Source of the DNA: an uncultured Spirochaetales bacterium
Lineage (GTDB): Bacteria > Spirochaetota > Spirochaetia > Sphaerochaetales > Sphaerochaetaceae
DNA length: 64,000 bases
Direction of reading: 5' to 3'
Assembly: GCA_949295125.1 (NCBI GenBank)
Contig: CASFJV010000052.1
Span: 5,686 to 69,685 of the forward strand
How positions within the stretch are numbered: the stretch's first letter is position 1; every line of letters starts with the position of its first letter. The notes below the pieces were generated by a model, which did no database searches, had not been told where the DNA came from, and was given only the letters and a program-made list of their open reading frames with translations. The position numbers and the translations under genes are program-made. Of the stretch, positions 36,585-44,097 are shown piece after piece.

Positions 36585-37858
36585 AGCAGGCTGCTCCTTA
36601 TCCTATCTGTATCGATGTCCCTGTATTTCTCATTTCCTGAGTGGTCTATCCAGCTCAGGATGTGGTCAAGGCGGTTGCGCATGCTTGGATGTGGATCATT
36701 AAAGCCTCCGGAAGGAACATCTATAAAGCCTGCCATAAAGCGCATGATACCCTTTGCTTCTCCGATTTTGACTGCGAACTTATCTGCCGCATACTCGCTT
36801 TTCTTTCCTCCAATGAGGTAGCAGACATAGTGTATGCTGTTCATGATCTTCTGTATGGCTGTCAGGAGGACCATGAACACTATCCATATGAGGTAGGTGA
36901 AGACATTCACCTTCTCTCCCTCCTTAGGCCCGATTGCTGCTATGAAATAGCCTGGGATCATGATGAAAGAGAATATGAGATTGAAATTTGCAATTGCTAT
37001 TGTGTTTGCTGTCACATCAAGATGTGCAATATGTCCTAGCTCATGCGCTATGACGCCCCTGATCAGCTCTTCATCAGAGCCTTCCAGGGCACCCTTGTTC
37101 AATGCAATTTTGTTATGTGCGAACGCATATGCATTGAAAGAGTCGCTGTAGTCGATATAGAACCTGACCCTGTGGGGGATTCCCCATGATTTCCTTTTCC
37201 CTTCCTTCACCACTTCCTCTGCAATCCTGAGTGCATCTGAGTCCAGGATATAATCCATCTTCCTGGAGTATTTGAGCCATACAGTAAGCCTTGAAAACAG
37301 CCATAGCGATATAAAGTAGGCGAATGCAAACTGGAGGTTAAAGTATTCTATAAAAGCCAGTGCTGATATAAGCGATGCCCCTGCGTCTGGAAAAATAAGT
37401 GAAAGGAGCCCGAGCGCGGAAGAAAGCGGGATAAGGAAAAACGCATTCAGCTCAAAGTATGACGTAATGAAATAAAAGACAGCAAAGCCTATTATTGTGG
37501 TAATGACCATGTAAGGCCGTGCTATGAGCTTCCAGTAGCATCTGAATATAAGCTTGAATAATGCATAGATAATGAAGAGCAGGGCAATTAGGCCTGGAGC
37601 ATAAAGCCTTATTAAGGAGCCTGCCTCTGTGTATAGAAGGAAGCCATGGACTTTTGATGCAATATATGAAATAGGCATTCCGATTGCCATTGTGATATGG
37701 CCAATGGCATTCAGCAGCCAGCTGTAGCCTAATGCATCGAGTATAAGGGCTATTATGAGCAGGGCGGCAAATATGAAGAACAGCACAAGAATGAAAGAAA
37801 AGATACGTGAAAGTGCTTTGCTGAGCCTGTTTCCACCCGCTTTATATGAAATTGCCAT
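36581..37858 (-). CDS. M48-family (HtpX-like) zinc metalloprotease with an extended N-terminal multi-TM domain
   Basis: HELGH zinc motif (VIAHELGHIAHLD) with a downstream EYAAD. About 6 TM helices precede the protease domain and 2 lie within it. Confidence 0.8.
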   Translation of the reverse strand: MAISYKAGGNRLSKALSRIFSFILVLFFIFAALLIIALILDALGYSWLLNAIGHITMAIGMPISYIASKVHGFLLYTEAGSLIRLYAPGLIALLFIIYALFKLIFRCYWKLIARPYMVITTIIGFAVFYFITSYFELNAFFLIPLSSALGLLSLIFPDAGASLISALAFIEYFNLQFAFAYFISLWLFSRLTVWLKYSRKMDYILDSDALRIAEEVVKEGKRKSWGIPHRVRFYIDYSDSFNAYAFAHNKIALNKGALEGSDEELIRGVIAHELGHIAHLDVTANTIAIANFNLIFSFIMIPGYFIAAIGPKEGEKVNVFTYLIWIVFMVLLTAIQKIMNSIHYVCYLIGGKKSEYAADKFAVKIGEAKGIMRFMAGFIDVPSGGFNDPHPSMRNRLDHILSWIDHSGNEKYRDIDTDRIRSSLL

Positions 37859-37863
37859 AAATA

Positions 37864-37887
37864 AATCTCTCCCAGACAGGAGAGATT
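37864..37887 (-). terminator. Perfect 9-bp hairpin after the SSS gene whose 3' arm contains the SD of the M48 gene
   Basis: Minus strand reads AATCTCTCC-TGTCTG-GGAGAGATT-TATTT-ATG. It lies 50 nt after the SSS stop and 5 nt before the M48 ATG. Confidence 0.5.
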
Positions 37888-37937
37888 ATAATTGATAATG
37901 CCATTATGAGAAAGCCCCTTGAAAAGAGGCCTTACAG

Positions 37938-39374
37938 TTACTTCTCTTCAGTATATGCACTTGGTGCCGGAGCAATTCCCATCTTCCATTCAATCAGGTT
38001 TACGATGAAGAATGTGACCGTTCCAACTGCACAGCCGAATACTACAGGAAGTATGCCGAGGTAGAAGTCTCCACCTGAAAGGATCTGCCAGACGATTACT
38101 CCGATTGTTCCTGTTATGATGGATATCTGGCCTGAGTGCTTTGTGGCTCTTGGGACCACCATGCCAAGCCCGTATGCTGCAAAAGGACCTGCACACCTTA
38201 TGGCAAAGGCAAAAGTATTCATAGTAACGATGTCTATTCCAAAGAGGCTTATAAGCATTGCCACCACGCAGAATATGACATTGCATGTCCTTGTATAGAA
38301 TATGATCTGTTTGTCAGAAAGGTTTTTTCCCTTTTCTGTATATTTGAGATAGATGTCATTCATGAACATCGTGGACATGCAGAGCAGGTTTGAATCAGCG
38401 CTGGACATTGTTGCACTTATGATTGCTGCACTGATTACTCCCGTTATGATTGCCGGTGCAAAATGGTTTGTAACCATCATCATCGAGCTGTTTGCATCCA
38501 TGCCAGGAATCTCTTCTGCCATAGCAAGTGCTGTCAGGCCGAGAAGGGTTGGGAATATTGCCATTGCCGCCATCAGCACTGCAGAAAGAAGGGATGCATA
38601 CTTTGCTGTCTTTTCATCCTTTGCACTCTCAAAGCGGCTTATCATCTCAGGGCCAGAGAGGAATGTGCAGAAGTAGTTGAAGATATATCCGATTATCACA
38701 ACCCAGCCGATCTTGTCTATTGAAAGCTGCTCTCCTGGAAGCTTTGCTGCAACGCTCTGCCATCCTCCTGCTCCGTGTATTACTATAGGAGTTGCAACTG
38801 CAAGTCCGACAAGGATTATTATGAACTGCACTAGGTCAGATACCTGGTCTGCAATCATGCCGCCAAGTGTCGTGTATATAATAATTACCAGTCCTGCCAC
38901 TACAAGGCATACATTCAGTGGAATTCCAGTCAGTGAATAGATGACGGTTCCTGATGCTGCCACCTGGCTGCTTGTCAGGCAGAAGAGTGCAAGAATGTTC
39001 AATACTGCAGAGAACACGCTGCTTGTCTTGCCAAAGCGCCTGTTTATGACTTCCGGAATCGTCAGTGCCATCGTCTTCCTGATCTTAGGAGCAAACCAGG
39101 CAAGAGGAATCATGGCTATGGATGCTGCCAGGACATACCAGACCGCGCTCATTCCCCAGGTGCCAAAAGCCTTGCTTGCAAGCCCTGTTGTGCTTCCTCC
39201 TCCAATGTTGTTTGCTGAAAGGCTGAAAGCCACCATGAAAAGCCCCATTCTCCTTCCTGCAACCATATAGTCTTCGCTGTTCTTTATCTTCAGCTTTCCG
39301 ACCAGGTATCCGACCAGCAGCATTCCGATCAGGTATGCTCCAGTGATTATTAATGCGCCTATGTTAATAGTCAT
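37938..39374 (-). CDS. Sodium:solute symporter (SSS) family transporter
   Basis: About 13 TM helices. The N-terminus MTINIGALIITGAYLIGMLLVGY...EDYMVAGRRMG is typical of SSS proteins. The ATG at 39374 follows GAGGGAGGAA. Confidence 0.85.
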   Translation of the reverse strand: MTINIGALIITGAYLIGMLLVGYLVGKLKIKNSEDYMVAGRRMGLFMVAFSLSANNIGGGSTTGLASKAFGTWGMSAVWYVLAASIAMIPLAWFAPKIRKTMALTIPEVINRRFGKTSSVFSAVLNILALFCLTSSQVAASGTVIYSLTGIPLNVCLVVAGLVIIIYTTLGGMIADQVSDLVQFIIILVGLAVATPIVIHGAGGWQSVAAKLPGEQLSIDKIGWVVIIGYIFNYFCTFLSGPEMISRFESAKDEKTAKYASLLSAVLMAAMAIFPTLLGLTALAMAEEIPGMDANSSMMMVTNHFAPAIITGVISAAIISATMSSADSNLLCMSTMFMNDIYLKYTEKGKNLSDKQIIFYTRTCNVIFCVVAMLISLFGIDIVTMNTFAFAIRCAGPFAAYGLGMVVPRATKHSGQISIITGTIGVIVWQILSGGDFYLGILPVVFGCAVGTVTFFIVNLIEWKMGIAPAPSAYTEEK

Positions 39375-39430
39375 AGATAAATTCCTCCCTCGCGTTTCTA
39401 TCAGTCTAAATGACTTGAAAAGAGAACGCA

Positions 39431-39472
39431 AATAAAAAAGGACAGGCAGCCGAAATAGACCACTCTGTCCTT
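39431..39472 (-). terminator. Rho-independent terminator downstream of the orphan trkH tail
   Basis: Minus strand reads AAGGACAG-N19-CTGTCCTT followed by TTTTTATTT, about 60 nt after the TAA of the trkH fragment. Confidence 0.6.
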
Positions 39473-39532
39473 GATACGGTTTTTATGGCCCTTTCTGGCA
39501 TTTTCTGTCTAGGGCGGGAAAACCAATTATGC

Positions 39533-39646
39533 TTATTTTGTCCAGAATTTCTTTGTAAGAAGTGAGAATGCAGTAAAGAGCTCAAGCCTTCCATGCAGCA
39601 TCAGAGAAGAAAGAAGCCACTGAGAGGGACTGGAAAATCCGGTTTT
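39533..39646 (-). pseudogene. trkH: Orphan 3' fragment of a trkH gene (last 37 codons plus stop)
   Basis: Translates KTGFSSPSQWLLSSLMLHGRLELFTAFSLLTKKFWTK*. The intact TrkH at 41179 ends DFAAPYQWILSVLMLLGRLELFTAFSLLTKKFWTK*. An in-frame TGA lies immediately upstream. Confidence 0.8.
39537..39604. repeat. Left copy of a 68-bp direct repeat (trkH 3' end)
   Basis: By-eye alignment gives 66 of 68 identical positions to 41183-41250. Similarity drops to roughly 60 percent over the next ~25 nt. Confidence 0.85.
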
Positions 39647-41182
39647 TCAGCAGGGGATCCCATTTTTCCTTGTAGAGTTGTAAAATCAAGATCATCTGCT
39701 CTAAAATCTCTCAATTTTCTGCTTTTGATAGCAATTATTTTCAAAAATAAAAAGTTTATGCTATTGATAGCAAAAAAAATTGCATTTTTCTGAGTTTGTG
39801 CTATGTTTAGATAAGAGGAGAAATGAGCCATGATCAGGACACACGAACTTAAGAGACGTGATTTGTATTTGAGAAAGCTGATCGGCTTTCAGGATACGGA
39901 GCCTGTAAAAGTCATCACCGGAATCCGCCGCTGCGGTAAATCAAGCCTGCTTAAGCTGATGATCCGGCATCTGAAGGAAAACGGTATCCGGGATGATCAG
40001 ATCATAGATATTAATTTTGAATCCTACGGTTTTAGGAGCATGACTAAGGACGATCTATACCATTATGTCAGAGATCGGGTTGTTTCAGGAAAGCGGATGT
40101 ATCTTTTTTTTGATGAGCTGCAGCGGATAGATGCCTGGGAAGATGCGGTCAATTCCTTCCGGGTGGATCTGGACTGTGACATCTACATTACAGGATCCAA
40201 CGCCTATCTGCTGTCCTCTGAGTACTCAACTTATCTTTCTGGCAGGTACGTGGAAATAAAAATGCTGCCGCTCTCTTTTAGGGAGTTCCTGGATTTCTAT
40301 GGCTTTGAGGTTAGGAAAACCAGCAGTGCCCTTGGCAGAGCACGACGCCAGATATTCGACAAAAACGGAGAGCGGTACGAGGAGATGGAGGTGTTTGACG
40401 CCTACATGCGCTTTGGCGGAATGCCGGGCATTGCAGATATCGGTCTGGATCAGGAAAAAGCTTTATCAGTTCTTGATGGCATTTACTCCACTGTTGTTGT
40501 AAGGGATATCCTGGAGAGGGAAAAACGGCGTGGTGAGCGGCAGATTACCGATGCTGCGCTCCTGCGTAAGATTGTGCTGTTTCTTGCGGACAATATTGGC
40601 AGCACCGTTTCTGCATCCTCCATTGGCAAAGCTCTGATGAGTGCGGGGCTGCTGGAAAATCAAAAAAGCAGGGGAATCCCCAGTGCCCATACGGTGCAGG
40701 CATATATCAGCGCGCTTATGGAAAGCTATTTCTTCTATGAGATCAAGCGTTTTGACATCAAGGGCAGAGAGTACCTCTCTACACTTGGTAAATACTATAT
40801 CGTTGACATCGGGCTTAGGAACTATCTGCTTGGATTCAGAAACAGGGACAGAGGATATGCAATTGAGAATGTGGTCTACTTTGAGTTGCTGCGCCGCGGA
40901 TATGATGTTGCGATCGGAAAGATCGACAGTCAGGAGGTAGACTTCATCGCAACAACTGCTGACGGAAAGCTTTATATCCAGGTGACTGAATCCATGCAGA
41001 GTGAGGACGTCCGCAGGCGGGAACTATCCCCACTGGAGAAGATCCGGGACAACTATGAAAAGATTGTGCTCTCTCTTGATCCTGGGCTTGATGGGTCCTA
41101 TGAAGGCATCAAGTCAAAAAATCTCATCAGCTGGCTGCTTGAGAACTGAAGAGCGCTTCAAGCGGTTTGGTGAGCCAGCTAC
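39605..41182. mobile_element. Putative ~1.6-kb insertion cassette carrying only the AAA_14/DUF4143 ATPase gene
   Basis: Bounded by the duplicated trkH tail. The AT-rich left part contains TTGATAGCAA twice (39725-39734 and 39764-39773). No integrase or transposase is present. Confidence 0.45.
39830..41149 (+). CDS. AAA_14-type ATPase with a DUF4143 / PD-(D/E)xK-like C-terminal domain
   Basis: Walker A GIRRCGKSS, Walker B LFFDELQ. The C-terminus (ENVVYFELLRRGYDVAIGKIDSQEVDFIATTADGKLYIQVTES) is typical of the restriction-endonuclease-like fold in this widespread family. Confidence 0.8.
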   Translation: MIRTHELKRRDLYLRKLIGFQDTEPVKVITGIRRCGKSSLLKLMIRHLKENGIRDDQIIDINFESYGFRSMTKDDLYHYVRDRVVSGKRMYLFFDELQRIDAWEDAVNSFRVDLDCDIYITGSNAYLLSSEYSTYLSGRYVEIKMLPLSFREFLDFYGFEVRKTSSALGRARRQIFDKNGERYEEMEVFDAYMRFGGMPGIADIGLDQEKALSVLDGIYSTVVVRDILEREKRRGERQITDAALLRKIVLFLADNIGSTVSASSIGKALMSAGLLENQKSRGIPSAHTVQAYISALMESYFFYEIKRFDIKGREYLSTLGKYYIVDIGLRNYLLGFRNRDRGYAIENVVYFELLRRGYDVAIGKIDSQEVDFIATTADGKLYIQVTESMQSEDVRRRELSPLEKIRDNYEKIVLSLDPGLDGSYEGIKSKNLISWLLEN

Positions 41183-42630
41183 TTTGTCCAGAATTTCTTT
41201 GTAAGGAGTGAGAATGCAGTAAAGAGCTCAAGCCTTCCAAGCAGCATCAGGACAGAAAGTATCCACTGGTAAGGTGCTGCAAAATCATGGAATGATGTCC
41301 TGACGCCCATACCTCCAAGGGAAAATCCGATGTTTCCTATTGCCTGGAGGACACTTGTAAGGCATGTGATGAAATCCATATCAGAGAGGCTTATGAGGAC
41401 TGTTCCTATAAGTGCTGTCATTAAGTAGAAGCCTACAAACCCGGCTATGGAAAGGCATGTGTTCTCATCATATGTGTCATCACCGATCCTGACGTTCGTA
41501 ACAGCATTCGGATGCGAGCGCCTTATCATGGCATTCGTTCCAAGCTTGAACATGACGCGCACCCTTATGACCTTAAGGCCGCCTCCTGTGGAACCTGCAC
41601 ATCCCCCTATGAACATCATCAGGAACATCAGCATCTGGGCAAACATCGGCCAGTAATTGAAGTCAGTGCTGTAAAAACCTGTTGTAGTGATTACCGAGAC
41701 TATCTGGAAGAATGCATGCCTGATGCTGTCTGAAAAGCTGAAAAAGCCTTTGAAGAAAAGGTTGAGCCCTGCAAGGAGGCCGGAGATTAATACGATTGCG
41801 AAATACAGCCTGAGCTCCCCATCCCTTGCAACTCTCCTGAATTTCCTCTTTAAAAGCTTGTAATAGAGTGCGAAGTTGCCTCCGGCTATGAACATGAAAA
41901 TGATGCAGATCCACTCAACGTATGCGCTTTGATAGCTCATGACTGACTGGTTTGATGCCGTAAATCCCGCAGCTCCCATAGTACCGAACATGAGGGTAAG
42001 CGAGTCATAGAATGTAAGCCCTCCGATATATAGCAGGATCACTTCAACTGCACTTATGCCGAGATAGATCAGCCAGAGGGATTTTGCCGTTCCCCTGATG
42101 GACGGTGTCAGCTTGTCTTTTGTAGGCCCCACGGATTCTGCCCCGAAGAGTGCTGTGCCTTTCACTCCGAACTTTGGGAATACGGCCACAAACAGGACAA
42201 CAATGCCCATTCCTCCAAGCCAGTTGGTAAGGCATCGCCAGAATATTACAGAGCGCGGATGGTCTGTCACTGTTGGAATGGCAGAGGCTCCAGTAGTTGT
42301 GAAGCCGCTCATGATTTCAAAGAATGATTCAGAAAAACCGACAGTAGTTCCTGTGAAGTAGAGCGGGAGGCATCCGAATAAGGTTGCGACGATCCATGTC
42401 AGTGTCACAAAGATGTAGCTGTCCTTCGTTGTGATATCCCGGATCTTGCTTTTATGCGTTATGAGGATAGTCAGTCCTGCAAAAAGTGCAATCAGCAGTT
42501 CTGTCTCTATGAATGCCTTTGATGCGCTGCTCTCATCAAAATAGAATGACATAGCAAGAGGGATCAACATTATCCCACCGATGAATATCATAAGGTATGC
42601 CAGCAGTTTGAAATCCGATTTCAAGTTCAT
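41179..42630 (-). CDS. trkH: Trk-type potassium uptake protein TrkH
   Basis: 483 aa, multi-TM, with repeated selectivity-filter-like segments (GFTTTGAS and ITTTGF). It lies downstream of trkA. Confidence 0.9.
   Translation of the reverse strand: MNLKSDFKLLAYLMIFIGGIMLIPLAMSFYFDESSASKAFIETELLIALFAGLTILITHKSKIRDITTKDSYIFVTLTWIVATLFGCLPLYFTGTTVGFSESFFEIMSGFTTTGASAIPTVTDHPRSVIFWRCLTNWLGGMGIVVLFVAVFPKFGVKGTALFGAESVGPTKDKLTPSIRGTAKSLWLIYLGISAVEVILLYIGGLTFYDSLTLMFGTMGAAGFTASNQSVMSYQSAYVEWICIIFMFIAGGNFALYYKLLKRKFRRVARDGELRLYFAIVLISGLLAGLNLFFKGFFSFSDSIRHAFFQIVSVITTTGFYSTDFNYWPMFAQMLMFLMMFIGGCAGSTGGGLKVIRVRVMFKLGTNAMIRRSHPNAVTNVRIGDDTYDENTCLSIAGFVGFYLMTALIGTVLISLSDMDFITCLTSVLQAIGNIGFSLGGMGVRTSFHDFAAPYQWILSVLMLLGRLELFTAFSLLTKKFWTK
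41183..41250. repeat. Right copy of the 68-bp direct repeat (functional trkH 3' end)
   Basis: See 39537-39604. This copy completes the intact trkH reading frame. Confidence 0.85.
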
Positions 42631-42642
42631 ATTCTCTCCCCT

Positions 42643-44097
42643 CTAATTAGCCCAGAATCTCCTCGTGAAAAGTGAATATACAGTAAAAAGCTCAAGCCTT
42701 CCCGCGAGCATCAGGAACGAGAAGGCCCAGAGATAGAACGATGAGAACTGGTCAAAACATTCCGTTGTTCCAAGCGTGCCTATTCCAACTCCATTATTTC
42801 CAAGTGTCAATAATACTCCTGTAAAGCATGTGAGGAAATCCCTTCCTGAGAGGCTTATGACAAGGGTTCCGATGAAGATCGTAACCAGGTAGAGCCCTAT
42901 GAAGCCTGCAATGGAAGAGCATGTCTCCTCGCTTATTATGCTGTCTCCGACCTTCACATTTGTCACAGCATTCGGATGTATGCGCTTGAGTGTGGCATTT
43001 GTTCCCATCTGGTAAAGCACCTTTACCCTTATGACCTTAATGCCGCCTCCCGCACTTCCGGCACAGCCCCCGATGAAAAGAAGCACGAAAAGCACTATCT
43101 GTGAGAACATGGGCCATGATGAATAGTTTGCTGAGGCAAAGCCGGTTGTCGTTATGAAAGATATCACATGGAAAAAGCCAAGGCGTATTGAGTCCATTAT
43201 CCCTGCGACACTGTTTGTGTAAAGGTTGATTGAGACCAGGATGGAAAATACAAGGATAAGCTTTATGTAGAGCCTGAATTCACCATCGTGTGCGACTCTT
43301 TTGAACTTTCCCTGAAAAAGCTTGAAGAAAAGCGCGAAATTAGTTCCTGACAAAAACATGAAGATGGTGCATACCCATTCAACATAATGCGAACTGTAGG
43401 CTGCAATTGAGCCTTCCCTTGGGGCAAAACCGGCAGCTGCTATGGTGCCGAATGCAACAGCTGAGGCATCAAATATGCTGAGCCCTCCCAAAAGGAGCAG
43501 TATCGTCTGTGCCACAGTGAGTGCAAGGTATATGAGCCAGAGAGCCATTGCCGTACTCTGGATCTGTGGTGTGAGCTTGTCTTTTGTAGGGCCGACCGTC
43601 TCTGCTCCCACAAGGGCTGTTCCCCGCACTCCGACAGCCGGAAGAAGGGCAACAAAGAGAACTATGATTCCCATTCCTCCTATCCAGTTTGTCATATTGC
43701 GCCAGAACAGTATTGACTCAGGCTTCTCGTTTATATTCGGTATTGCAGTCGCTCCTGTTGTAGTGAAACCGCTCATGGTCTCAAAGAAGGACTCGGCAAA
43801 ACTCATGGTGGCTTCCGTCATGTAGTACGGTATTGATCCGAAGAATGTTACAGTAAGCCATGTAAGGGTTACGAAGACATAGCTGTCCTTTATTGAAAGC
43901 TCCTTTGCCGCATCTTCCCCGCGCAGGTAGAGGAGTATCAGGATGGCAGAGAATAGCAGAAGGCACTCTGTTGTCAAAAATGCCATATAAGCTTCCTCTT
44001 CCCCGTTAAAATGTGCAATGAGAAGGGGAATGACCATAAATAATGCCATTACAAGCATTACATATGACAGGAGCTTTATGACAGTTTTGGGGTTCAT
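42643..44097 (-). CDS. trkH: Trk-type potassium uptake protein TrkH (second paralog)
   Basis: 484 aa, colinear with the downstream TrkH (for example SGFTTTGATAIP and ITTTGFASANY). The two are divergent at the nucleotide level. Confidence 0.9.
   Translation of the reverse strand: MNPKTVIKLLSYVMLVMALFMVIPLLIAHFNGEEEAYMAFLTTECLLLFSAILILLYLRGEDAAKELSIKDSYVFVTLTWLTVTFFGSIPYYMTEATMSFAESFFETMSGFTTTGATAIPNINEKPESILFWRNMTNWIGGMGIIVLFVALLPAVGVRGTALVGAETVGPTKDKLTPQIQSTAMALWLIYLALTVAQTILLLLGGLSIFDASAVAFGTIAAAGFAPREGSIAAYSSHYVEWVCTIFMFLSGTNFALFFKLFQGKFKRVAHDGEFRLYIKLILVFSILVSINLYTNSVAGIMDSIRLGFFHVISFITTTGFASANYSSWPMFSQIVLFVLLFIGGCAGSAGGGIKVIRVKVLYQMGTNATLKRIHPNAVTNVKVGDSIISEETCSSIAGFIGLYLVTIFIGTLVISLSGRDFLTCFTGVLLTLGNNGVGIGTLGTTECFDQFSSFYLWAFSFLMLAGRLELFTVYSLFTRRFWAN

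Noticed and set aside
38116-39270. Series of plus-strand ORFs (60-109 aa) across the SSS transporter gene
   Set aside because: All are antisense to a continuous 478-aa multi-TM transporter ORF. They are fragmentary and lie in several different frames.
42643-42720. Third copy of the trkH tail sequence, as a further repeat of the cassette boundary
   Set aside because: The tail of the upstream trkH paralog is only roughly three-quarters identical by eye to the 68-bp repeat. It is ordinary paralog similarity, not part of the duplication.
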